IMG/VR virus record: IMGVR_UViG_3300017647_000296 | Location: 1 to 49,916 of that record | Length of the DNA: 49,916 nt | Direction: 5' to 3' (one strand) | Origin: a virus | Taxonomy: Duplodnaviria > Caudoviricetes | In this document: one piece after another, positions 27,031-35,238 of the stretch | How positions within the stretch are numbered: the stretch's first letter is position 1 | How the letters are laid out: each line of letters begins with the position of its first letter | Notes under the pieces: generated by a model | Seen by the model: only the letters and a program-made list of their open reading frames with translations | Database searches by the model: none | Told to the model about the DNA's origin: nothing | Translations under genes and position numbers: made by a program

Positions 27031-27465
27031 TTAGGCCGCGCCCTCGGCTTTCGCGACGATTTCAGCAATCTGCCGCTCGACGTATCGGGCATGGGAGGCG
27101 TCGGTTTCATTGCGCCCGCGCTCCAGCAGGAGGACATAGGCGCCGATCATTCGTTGCGCCTCTTTCAGCGCCGCCAGCATGTCGGGCGCGGCGTCATGCG
27201 CCAGACCGCCGGGGTAGTGCGAATTGGGCAGATCGATTTCGATTGCGCCTTCCTCGCCGGTTTCCTCGCATTCGAAGTCCGCAAGCCAGATGTCGCGGGG
27301 CGACGAATAGTCAATGTAATCGTGAGGGGAGCCGCGAAGGTCGAAGTTCTCGGCGATGAAATCCGGCGTTGCCAGATCCACGGCCTTGTCGATGTTCTCG
27401 GCTTCGATCTCGACATATCCGTAAGCGCGAACGTCCATCGCGACGTCGATCTTGAATGTAGGCAT
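27031..27465 (-). CDS. acidic phage protein
   Basis: IEAE N-domain plus the AAPDMLAAL..AKAEG phage motif. Confidence 0.7.
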   Translation of the reverse strand: MPTFKIDVAMDVRAYGYVEIEAENIDKAVDLATPDFIAENFDLRGSPHDYIDYSSPRDIWLADFECEETGEEGAIEIDLPNSHYPGGLAHDAAPDMLAALKEAQRMIGAYVLLLERGRNETDASHARYVERQIAEIVAKAEGAA

Positions 27466-27477
27466 TTCCTCGCCTCC

Positions 27478-27606
27478 CTACACCGACGCCATAAAGGCGA
27501 AAGCGCGCTTGCCGCCGATTGCCTTGCGGCGTTCATCGCGACGGACTCGGCCTTCCGGCCTGTTGGCGAACGTATCGCGGCGCGTGGCTGTCTCGAGCTT
27601 GCTCAT
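27478..27606 (-). CDS. 42-aa basic peptide
   Basis: AAGGAG SD before ATG 27606. Confidence 0.5.
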   Translation of the reverse strand: MSKLETATRRDTFANRPEGRVRRDERRKAIGGKRAFAFMASV

Positions 27607-27646
27607 AGTCGACTCCTTCGATAGGCGGGCACGATTGCCCTGTGGC

Positions 27647-28035
27647 GGTCTAGCGACCATCGCAGCGCCACGCGCGGCGGCGCTGAAAAAGGCGCTAGAA
27701 ACTGCGGGGCTTCATTTTGTTGCCGGGCTTGATGACAGCGGCGTTCCATGCCTTGTAGGCCGCGCGCCAATCTTCATCCGCCCACGCCTCGAACGTCACG
27801 TATTCGGCCGTTGCGCGGTAGACGTTGAGAATTTCCTGTAGGCCCATGCCGTCCCACAGGTCCGCGTTCTGACAGTCGCACCAGCCCACCAGCGCGTCGA
27901 TTTCCTCAAGCGTCAGGTCTTCGGCGCGTTCGGCTTTCACGGCGCAAAGAGCGAGGGCTTTCGCGTCAACTTTCACTACTTTCGACATGTCGGTTTCCTT
28001 TCATCGGTTGCCACAATCGGCAGGTCTAGCGACCA
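27647..28035 (-). repeat. two copies of GGTCTAGCGACCA in hairpin-flanked intergenic elements
   Basis: 27647-27659 and 28023-28035. Confidence 0.7.
27695..27988 (-). CDS. hypothetical protein
   Basis: AAAGGA SD. Confidence 0.65.
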   Translation of the reverse strand: MSKVVKVDAKALALCAVKAERAEDLTLEEIDALVGWCDCQNADLWDGMGLQEILNVYRATAEYVTFEAWADEDWRAAYKAWNAAVIKPGNKMKPRSF

Positions 28036-28069
28036 GATAACCGGCGGCGCGCGCCGGTTACGCAAGGCG

Positions 28070-28336
28070 CTAGGTTGTGGGTCCGTCCAGCTCGGCTAGA
28101 AGCGCGTCTAGCTCGGCATCGGTCATGGGTTTGTGCGGCTTCGCCTTGTGAACCGTGAGGCCGGCGGCGCGCAGTTGCGCCAGCACGCCCGGAACCTGCG
28201 GCGCGAGGAACGCGACCACGCCTTGCGGGTCTGCCTCAGCCATGACCTGCCAAGCTTCCTCGCCTGCATCCGTTTCAGGGTAGAAGCGCGTCCAGATGCC
28301 ATCAGGCGCGGAATAGGTGAGGTCGGGCTTGCTCAT
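28070..28336 (-). CDS. hypothetical phage protein
   Basis: PDLTY..F.PET.AG..AW..QLRAAG..V. Confidence 0.65.
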   Translation of the reverse strand: MSKPDLTYSAPDGIWTRFYPETDAGEEAWQVMAEADPQGVVAFLAPQVPGVLAQLRAAGLTVHKAKPHKPMTDAELDALLAELDGPTT

Positions 28337-28578
28337 GTCGCAGCCCTCGCCTTGCGGTCAGCCTCGCGCGCAGCCTCAAAGGCTTGGTGCATGCCGTCGC
28401 TGGCGGCGCGATGGAAGGCGTGAAGCGCGGCAAGCAGCGTGCCCGGCTCGCCCTTGCCCTCGGGCAGATAGCGCGCGTTCGCAAGGCGCGGATGAACGCG
28501 GCGCAGCTCATCCATCCAAGCCGCCTCGGCTACGTATGCCTGGGCTATGGCATCGCGGACATTGAGACCATGAGACAT
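28333..28578 (-). CDS. hypothetical protein, first gene of the leftward small-gene cluster
   Basis: GAGGA SD; ARY..GKGEPG. Confidence 0.6.
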   Translation of the reverse strand: MSHGLNVRDAIAQAYVAEAAWMDELRRVHPRLANARYLPEGKGEPGTLLAALHAFHRAASDGMHQAFEAAREADRKARAAT

Positions 28579-28634
28579 GAAAGGGGTTCCTCTATCGGTA
28601 GGCACCATTGCCTGAACACATAGAAGCATGAGCG

Positions 28635-28670
28635 GTGCCTTCTGGCAATAATAAAAATGCCAAACGGCAA
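28635..28670. promoter_or_regulatory. two CI-type operators
   Basis: GTGCCTTCTGGCAA (28635-28648), ATGCCAAACGGCAA (28657-28670). Confidence 0.65.
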
Positions 28671-28776
28671 AAAATATTGACGCCACCCAAGCCATGAACA
28701 GCACGGGCGCGCACGATAGCAAGCCGCGTGCCAAGTGACGCCAGCATCTCGGCGGCCAGGCCCTCGACGATGAACC

Positions 28777-28880
28777 CCCACCCCATTCGCGGTTAAAAAA
28801 ACAGTCGGTTAGCTCAGGACCGGCGCGGCGAGAGATTTATTCTTCAATCTAAAAAACACCCTTCTGGCTGGTGGGGTGGG
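28777..28880. other. candidate cos (packaging/termini) site
   Basis: GGACCGGCGCGGCG core centred between CCCACCCCA/TGGGGTGGG inverted repeats and A-tracts. Confidence 0.4.
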
Positions 28881-28918
28881 CGCATCTTCCATGATTGCGA
28901 TGATCGCTACGATACGTA

Positions 28919-28932
28919 TTGCCAAACGGCCA
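28919..28932. promoter_or_regulatory. CI-type operator at a rightward promoter
   Basis: TTGCCAAACGGCCA overlapping CATAAT. Confidence 0.5.
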
Positions 28933-28988
28933 TAATGCGTATACGTGTGATGCCAATCCCAACGAGACGGCAGGAAACACCCCTCGAT

Positions 28989-29231
28989 ATGGCTGCGATT
29001 GGTAATCAGGCTGAAACAGGCGCGAAAACTCGGTCATTCTGGTCCGCAGCGCAGTTCCGAGCATGGCAGGACGCCATCGGAATGAGCGGCCAGAAGGCGG
29101 CTGCGGCGCTCGGCGTCTCCGACAACTCGATCAGCAACTACCGGCAGCGCGGATGCCCGCGAACGGTCGCTCTGGCCTGCATCGCGCTCTATCGGAAGCA
29201 GACGGACCAGCCGTGGGAACAGACGGCATGA
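28989..29231 (+). CDS. small HTH protein
   Basis: FRAWQDAIGMSGQKAAAALGVS..ISNY..PRTVALAC. Confidence 0.75.
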   Translation: MAAIGNQAETGAKTRSFWSAAQFRAWQDAIGMSGQKAAAALGVSDNSISNYRQRGCPRTVALACIALYRKQTDQPWEQTA

Positions 29232-30151
29232 GTGTCGAGATCATCACCGGCGACTGCCGTGAGGTGTTGCGGTCGCTGCCCGACCAGTCCGTCCACTGCT
29301 GCGTAACCTCGCCGCCGTACTTCGGCCTTCGCGACTATGGCGTTGCCGGACAGATCGGGCTGGAGAAGACGCCCAATGCCTTCGTCGACGAGATGGTGGC
29401 CGTCTTCCGTGAGGTGCGTCGCGTCCTTCGTGACGATGGCACGCTCTGGCTCAATCTCGGCGATAGCTATGGAGCCGGGAAGCAGAAGATGCTCATGCCC
29501 GCGAAGGTGGCGTTGGCTCTTCAGGCTGACGGCTGGGTGCTGCGCCAGGATAATGTGTGGTTCAAGAAGCGGCCTATGCCGGAAAGCGTGAGCGATCGAA
29601 CCACCTGCGCCCATGAGTTCGTCTTTCACTTCTCCAAGTCGGAAACGTACTTCTACGACGCTGAAGCCGTTCGCACGCAATTGGCACCAAGTTCGGTTTC
29701 CCGGCTTGCGCAGAATGTTGACGCCCAAGCCGGAAGTAATCGCGTTCCCGGCAAGACGAACGGCTCAATGAAGGCTGTCGCTCGCTCGGACAAGCAGCGT
29801 GGTCACACCAGGCGACATGCCGGGTTCAATGAGAGATGGGATGCGCTGCCCAAGGCTGAGCAAATGGCCGGCGGCGCAAACCTGCGTAGCGTCTGGCATC
29901 TCGCCCCGCCAAACTTTCGCGAGGCGCACTTCGCTACGATGCCGGAAGATCTGGCCGAGATTTGCATCAAAGCCGGCTGCCCAGATGACGGCACGGTCCT
30001 CGATCCATTCGGCGGCGCTGGAACCACGGGCCTTGTCGCCGACCGTCTTCAGCGGGACGCCGTCCTGATCGAACTCAACCCGGAATATGCGGCGATGGCT
30101 CGGCGTCGGATAGATGGCGACGCTCCGCTTTTCGCGCGAGGTGCGGCATGA
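29228..30151 (+). CDS. orphan DNA methyltransferase (N4-C/N6-A, beta class)
   Basis: TSPPY, HFATMP, LDPFGGAGTT. Confidence 0.92.
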   Translation: MSVEIITGDCREVLRSLPDQSVHCCVTSPPYFGLRDYGVAGQIGLEKTPNAFVDEMVAVFREVRRVLRDDGTLWLNLGDSYGAGKQKMLMPAKVALALQADGWVLRQDNVWFKKRPMPESVSDRTTCAHEFVFHFSKSETYFYDAEAVRTQLAPSSVSRLAQNVDAQAGSNRVPGKTNGSMKAVARSDKQRGHTRRHAGFNERWDALPKAEQMAGGANLRSVWHLAPPNFREAHFATMPEDLAEICIKAGCPDDGTVLDPFGGAGTTGLVADRLQRDAVLIELNPEYAAMARRRIDGDAPLFARGAA

Positions 30152-30609
30152 GCATGCCCGTCCTCGCCACGATCCGCGCGCTCCTGAAGTTCAAGGATCA
30201 CACCACGATATCGGAGATTGCCTCGACTGCCGGCCTGTCGCGCAAGGTGGTGCTGGAGACCATTAACCGGAACGGCCAATTCGTCTGGCGCAATCGGAAG
30301 AACGGCCACATCACGAAGGTCGATCCGCAATCCGCGCTTCGCGAGCAACTGTGGAAGTCCGGCAAGTTCTATCGCCAGGACACGTTCGGCGCTTGGTCAG
30401 TCGAGGGTCACTGCCTGACGTTCGAGGGTAACTCGGACCTACGTGAGCAGCTTCAGCAAACCCGCTGCGTCGGCGCCCTCGGAGACAACTACGACATCAA
30501 GATCGTCCTCGACACGCCTGAGAACCGCGCTGCGCTTGAGGCGGCCGATCTTCGTCCATGGTCGGACGCCGTCATCGACGATCGGCTATGGGTGGAGCAG
30601 GACGCATGA
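30148..30609 (+). CDS. HTH-containing hypothetical protein
   Basis: TISEIASTAGLSRKVV. Confidence 0.6.
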   Translation: MSMPVLATIRALLKFKDHTTISEIASTAGLSRKVVLETINRNGQFVWRNRKNGHITKVDPQSALREQLWKSGKFYRQDTFGAWSVEGHCLTFEGNSDLREQLQQTRCVGALGDNYDIKIVLDTPENRAALEAADLRPWSDAVIDDRLWVEQDA

Positions 30610-30635
30610 CCACCTGCACCACCCACACGGGTCGG

Positions 30636-30935
30636 CTATGCGGTAGCCCGGCCGCCCGACGTGGGCTTGACCATCCACGGCTTAACCGCAGGTTCCTTCT
30701 CAAGGATGCCCTTCTTCTTGCCGAAAGCCCGGATGGCGTCTCGTGCGACCTTGATCGGCTTCAGGCCATCGTGGGCCATGATGCAGGTTCGAAGCGCGGC
30801 CTCGTGGAGGACGTCCCGGCTCTTTTCGGGCCATTCCTCAAGGAACTCGATCGCGTCGATGACATTGGAAATCTCGCGGATCAGGTACTTTCCGTCCTTC
30901 AGGTAGACGGGCTTCGCGAAGTCTCCGGTATTCAT
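30636..30935 (-). CDS. DUF982 family protein (moron)
   Basis: FAKPV..DAIEFLEEWP..A.R.C..ARDA..AF..GIL; GAGGGAG SD. Confidence 0.8.
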   Translation of the reverse strand: MNTGDFAKPVYLKDGKYLIREISNVIDAIEFLEEWPEKSRDVLHEAALRTCIMAHDGLKPIKVARDAIRAFGKKKGILEKEPAVKPWMVKPTSGGRATA

Positions 30936-31096
30936 ATCTCCCTCATTTTTGACGAACGATTCCAATGGTTAAGCCGCCAGTTCACTGCGGCTTGCTTTGA
31001 TCTGATGTCGCCCGCCGGCGGTTTCAAGACCGCTTGGATTGCGTTGCGTGAAAAGTCGCGCCGCCTAACCCCTCAACCTCAATGGAGAAGCCTGAA

Positions 31097-31444
31097 ATGA
31101 ACCTGCGAGACTTCAGCATAGAGAACCGGGCGCGCTGCGAGGCGAGCAACGGCTTCAATCATCCGCTGTCGGACTGGAGCCTGTCGGATTGGATGACGGC
31201 CACGCTCGGTGAGCTTGGCGAGGCGGCCAATGTTCTGAAGAAGCTCAACCGCGTGCGCGATGGCATCCCCGGCAACAAGGAGACGCCGGAGGAGCTTCGG
31301 GCGATGCTCGCGGACGAACTGGCCGATGCGTTCATCTACCTCGATCTGCTCGCGCAGGCGGCCGGCGTTGATCTGCCTGCCGCGGTACGCAGCAAGTTCG
31401 ACCGCACCTCGGAGAAGATCGGTTATGTCCGGAGGGCGGCATGA
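31097..31444 (+). CDS. MazG-like nucleotide pyrophosphohydrolase
   Basis: GELGEAAN..KK, ELADAFIYLDLLA. Confidence 0.85.
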   Translation: MNLRDFSIENRARCEASNGFNHPLSDWSLSDWMTATLGELGEAANVLKKLNRVRDGIPGNKETPEELRAMLADELADAFIYLDLLAQAAGVDLPAAVRSKFDRTSEKIGYVRRAA

Positions 31445-31881
31445 CCGCGCTCCTTCGAGAAGGCGACATTGTCGGCCTGACCGGCAAAGTCCGACACGAC
31501 TGCCGCCCGGATGAAGACAGCGGCCGCGTGTTCGTCGACATCGACGGACATCATTCGGCTCTTTGGCTGAAGCTGGAGCAAGTCACGCTCATCGCTCCGC
31601 GGATCGATGTTGGAGAGCGCGTGCGGTGGACGAATGGCAGCGAGGGCAAGGTTCTCGCCAGCGACGTCGACAAGCTCTGGGTGAAGCTGGCCGACGGCAG
31701 CTACGTGATCTGGCCGGCAAAGGAGGTGACGGTCGTTCCTCCGAAGGTCATCACCATCGACGGCCCGGTCGACATCGAAACGCTCGATCGCCTCAAGGCC
31801 GAAGGGCCGGGCGCGCTGGTTCCCGTCGAACCTCCGCCCGCGCCGCTCGATGGCAAGGTCGACAGCGAGGAGGAGGCATAG
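31441..31881 (+). CDS. hypothetical beta-rich protein
   Basis: ATGA overlap; two KOW/SH3-like segments. Confidence 0.6.
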   Translation: MTALLREGDIVGLTGKVRHDCRPDEDSGRVFVDIDGHHSALWLKLEQVTLIAPRIDVGERVRWTNGSEGKVLASDVDKLWVKLADGSYVIWPAKEVTVVPPKVITIDGPVDIETLDRLKAEGPGALVPVEPPPAPLDGKVDSEEEA

Positions 31882-32253
31882 ATGGGAACGAAGACCTTTC
31901 CGACCCTGCGCGTTGCCTCGACGATCACCGGCATCGCGCTCACGCACGACATGACGTTCTCCGACATGCAGGAGATAGCCTCACATCTCTTCGGCTCGCC
32001 GCTCTGGACGCATGAACTCGTCCACGAGCCGACCAAGGACGCCTATGTCGAGGAGGGCTATCGCCAGTTCCCCGACATGCCGTCGCAGGCCGAAGCCGAG
32101 GCTGATTTCAAGGCTGCTGCGGCAAAGGCGGTTGCGGCCTATGGCGATACCGTCGAGGTGGCCGAGGGCACGCACGGCCGTCGCGAGAGCCCGGTCGACA
32201 CGCTGAGCCGGATGGTGCCGCCAGAGAAGATCGTCGTCATCAAGGCTGACTGA
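31882..32253 (+). CDS. hypothetical phage protein
   Basis: GGAGG SD; LWTHEL. Confidence 0.65.
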   Translation: MGTKTFPTLRVASTITGIALTHDMTFSDMQEIASHLFGSPLWTHELVHEPTKDAYVEEGYRQFPDMPSQAEAEADFKAAAAKAVAAYGDTVEVAEGTHGRRESPVDTLSRMVPPEKIVVIKAD

Positions 32254-32699
32254 TGCCTATCAAGCCCGAGAACATGGCGAGGTATCCCGGCGGCTCGATC
32301 AAGTCTCCGGAGTGGCGCGCGATCCGCAAGAGGATCGGCGAGCGATCGGGCTGGCGCTGCGAGACCTGCGGCGCCCCGCACATGACGATGATCGCTCGCG
32401 GCTCCTACCGCGGCCGAGACGCATACATGGTGCTCGAGTCCTGCGAAGTCTTCTGCGCTGAGACTGGCCTGCACATGGCGAAGATGCGCTGCACGTCGGA
32501 GTTCGGCGCGCACAAGGTGCTGAAGATCGTTCTGACGGTCGCGCACATCAACCATGACGAAACCTGCAACGAGGACGGCAACCTGGCGCACCTCTGCCAG
32601 CGGCATCACCTCCGCCTCGACGCCAAACACCACGCACGCAACGCAGCTCGCACGCGCCGAAACAGGGGCGGGCAGTTGGACATGGAGGACTTTCTGTGA
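32253..32699 (+). CDS. HNH-like phage protein
   Basis: MPIKPEN..RYP, CE.CG, VLTVAH.NH..NL..LCQRHHL. Confidence 0.8.
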   Translation: MPIKPENMARYPGGSIKSPEWRAIRKRIGERSGWRCETCGAPHMTMIARGSYRGRDAYMVLESCEVFCAETGLHMAKMRCTSEFGAHKVLKIVLTVAHINHDETCNEDGNLAHLCQRHHLRLDAKHHARNAARTRRNRGGQLDMEDFL

Positions 32700-32908
32700 G
32701 TGACGCGAACGGCAAATGCGACGATTGTGGGCGGTTCATGCGCTTCGACGCGCGAGCATCATGGGCGCACAAGTACGATTTCGTGGCGATGGAGTGCGTC
32801 TACGAGCACTACCGCTGCGCCCGATGCACCGAAGAGCTTGGCCCGGTCCATTCCAATGCACGTCCGTACAATGGCGATATGTCGCCCTACGAGGGAAGGT
32901 TCGCATGA
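32696..32908 (+). CDS. small Zn-binding protein
   Basis: CxxC..CxxC; GTGA/ATGA overlaps. Confidence 0.55.
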   Translation: MSDANGKCDDCGRFMRFDARASWAHKYDFVAMECVYEHYRCARCTEELGPVHSNARPYNGDMSPYEGRFA

Positions 32909-33048
32909 TCTTCCGGCTTCACTACTCGGACGGCACCACGCTCGACGTAGACGCCGAGAACCCCACCCAGGCTCGCGAGATCGCCAAGGAGCGCCGCACG
33001 GGCGTCGTCACCAAGGTCAAGGTTGTGAAGGAGAAAGCCGATGTCTGA
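32905..33048 (+). CDS. 47-aa protein
   Basis: MIFRLHYSDG; coupled. Confidence 0.5.
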   Translation: MIFRLHYSDGTTLDVDAENPTQAREIAKERRTGVVTKVKVVKEKADV

Positions 33049-33265
33049 GCAGGATCGCATCGCGCATGACTGCGAGGCCGCCCACCACGTCACCTACTAT
33101 CGCTGCACCTGCGGATGCGACCAGTTCATCCTGCGCTTGCATGACGAGAGCGGCGTTATTTTCGCGACGGCTGTGTTTTCGGCATCGGAAGCGTGCTCGT
33201 TCGGTCGCGAGGTCGGCGCCATGTATCCGAGGGATGCGATCGGGGAGGTGGCAGGACATGCCTAA
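33041..33265 (+). CDS. hypothetical protein
   Basis: AAGGAG SD; CTCGC. Confidence 0.5.
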   Translation: MSEQDRIAHDCEAAHHVTYYRCTCGCDQFILRLHDESGVIFATAVFSASEACSFGREVGAMYPRDAIGEVAGHA

Positions 33266-33641
33266 GCCGGTTCGCCTTCAGCTTTCGCGACGCGCCGGGT
33301 TCAATCTTCAGGAGCACTCTCTTGCCGTGAACGGTCTGCCGGCGGTCGTGGTGGCGCGGCCGACGAAGTGGGGCAACCCGTATGACTGGCGCGACTGGCT
33401 CGACGACGCGAACTCTCAAAAGGACGAGCTGTGGTTCGCCCATGAACGCAAGCAGTGGTGCCGAGAGCAAGCAGTCGAGGCTTTCGCCTATGATCTACGG
33501 ACTGGCGCGCTGAAGCTTGATGTGTCCCCACTGCGCGGACGGAATCTTGCCTGCTGGTGTCCGGACGGTCCCCATTATACGTGCCACGCCGACGTGCTGC
33601 TGGTTCTGGCGAACCGGCCAGTCTTCGAAGCTGTCGAGTGA
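33258..33641 (+). CDS. DUF4326 family protein
   Basis: RPTKWGNPY, LRGRNLACWCP, CHADVL. Confidence 0.85.
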   Translation: MPKPVRLQLSRRAGFNLQEHSLAVNGLPAVVVARPTKWGNPYDWRDWLDDANSQKDELWFAHERKQWCREQAVEAFAYDLRTGALKLDVSPLRGRNLACWCPDGPHYTCHADVLLVLANRPVFEAVE

Positions 33642-33642
33642 C

Positions 33643-33873
33643 GTGTCCGTCGACCACGTCCGCCAGCGTATTCTCCGCGGCGACATCGTCCGCATTGGCT
33701 TTGCCGGCGGAGATCGCGTCTGGTGGCTCGACGATCCCTATGAGCCTGTAGACGACGCCGTGATGCAGCAGGCGATGCTCGGCCACAACGGCGGGCCGCT
33801 GCTTGATGAGGCTGGCGACTCACTCTTCGGCATGGAGGGAAACAGCCAGACTTGGCGCTGTTCTCTCGCATAA
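33643..33873 (+). CDS. hypothetical protein
   Basis: GTG start; GDSLFG..SQTWR. Confidence 0.5.
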   Translation: MSVDHVRQRILRGDIVRIGFAGGDRVWWLDDPYEPVDDAVMQQAMLGHNGGPLLDEAGDSLFGMEGNSQTWRCSLA

Positions 33874-34226
33874 AAATTTCATCATTGGCATGAATGACGC
33901 AAAGTTTTACGGGATCAAAGTCATGCGGCGCAAACTTCATGCATCATGTGAATGCTTTGGGCATGAAATCGCCGAAAATCTCCCGATGGGCGCTTGATCT
34001 TTGCGATTTTCTGCGGGATTAGTGCAGGCATCGTCCGATTCGTGTCACCGGACGCAAGAAATCCCCACATCATCGCCCTGCGTACCTCCTCCTCTGATCC
34101 CGGCTACGAGGTCAAAGGCTGCTCGCTCGTGTCCTGAGAAGCATCTGGTGCGGGGCGGCCGTCTTGCGGCGGTTCATTGTGGCCAGGTAAGCGGCGGCGC
34201 CGGTCCTTATCCATCGGTAGGCAATC

Positions 34227-34877
34227 ATGCTGGTCATTATCCCGGCACGGCTAGGCTCGTCGCGTTTGCCGGAGAAACCGCTTGCGCTGATCGGTGGAGT
34301 GCCGCTGATCCTCCATTGCTGGCGCCGTGCAGTTGAAGCTGATGTAGGGCCGGTCTGGGTGGCAACGGATTCTTCTTTGATCGGCGGTCTGATCGCAGAT
34401 GCCGGTGGGAATGCGGTCGTTACCAGTGAGCGGTGTGCCACCGGATCGGATCGCGTTGCTCAGGCATCGGCACTGGTGGACCCCAATAGGAGCCACGAGT
34501 TCGTTATCAACCAGCAGGGCGACATGCCGTTCGTCAGCCCTTCAATCGTTCGGATGGTCGCGTCTGCTATAGAGTCCGGCAGTTCTGACATGGTGACGGC
34601 CGCTCATTGTGGTGAGTTCGTAGATGCCGCTGTGTTTCATCGCGTTGCGGCTAATAGGCACATCGGCATTTACGGCTATCGTCGCGAGGCGCTTGAGAGG
34701 TTCGCGGCCCTCCCACAGTCGCCACGAGAGATAGACGAGAGGCTGGAACAACTTCGAGCGGTTGAAGCTGGCTTCTCGATCCGCGTTGTTGACGTCGATA
34801 CGTTCCCGACAGAAATCAATACGCCGGCCGATCTGGTTGAGGCACGGCAGATCGCAGGGTGTCTCCATGCAGGTTAG
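34227..34877 (+). CDS. kdsB: CMP-Kdo synthetase-like cytidylyltransferase (shortened)
   Basis: IIPARLGSSRLPEKPL, VATD, TGSDR, QGDMP, HIGIYGYR, ERLEQLR. Confidence 0.88.
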   Translation: MLVIIPARLGSSRLPEKPLALIGGVPLILHCWRRAVEADVGPVWVATDSSLIGGLIADAGGNAVVTSERCATGSDRVAQASALVDPNRSHEFVINQQGDMPFVSPSIVRMVASAIESGSSDMVTAAHCGEFVDAAVFHRVAANRHIGIYGYRREALERFAALPQSPREIDERLEQLRAVEAGFSIRVVDVDTFPTEINTPADLVEARQIAGCLHAG

Positions 34878-35238
34878 CGGGAAGGTGTGGGGTTCTACCA
34901 TCGCGGTAGAGCAAAACGGCTTTGCCGAGATGCACCACGCCTCGATCAAGAAGGGCATGCGATGTTCAAGGCATTGCCATTCGTTCAAGTGGAATGGTTT
35001 CTATGTGATCTCCGGCGAGCTTCTGGTTCGCGTCTGGCAGCCGTCAGGACTGGTGGATGAGACCATCCTTGGTCCCGGCGATTACACGAAGGTTGCCCCT
35101 GGCATCGAGCACCGTTTCGAGTGCCTTAAGGACTGCGAACTGATCGAGCTCTATTGGCCGGAGATGAACCACGCGGACATTGTTCGCGCTGACGCCGGTG
35201 GCGTCGTCGAAGCCCCCACGGACGCATTCCCGGTATGA
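34867..35238 (+). CDS. cupin, sugar isomerase-like
   Basis: KVWG, SRHCH..KWNGFYVISG, APGIEHRF. Confidence 0.8.
   Translation: MQVSGKVWGSTIAVEQNGFAEMHHASIKKGMRCSRHCHSFKWNGFYVISGELLVRVWQPSGLVDETILGPGDYTKVAPGIEHRFECLKDCELIELYWPEMNHADIVRADAGGVVEAPTDAFPV

Noticed and set aside
17118-30151. Restriction-modification system
   Set aside because: No cognate endonuclease beside either MTase
32253-32699. Homing endonuclease or intron
   Set aside because: Free-standing, translationally coupled phage HNH-like gene that does not interrupt any gene
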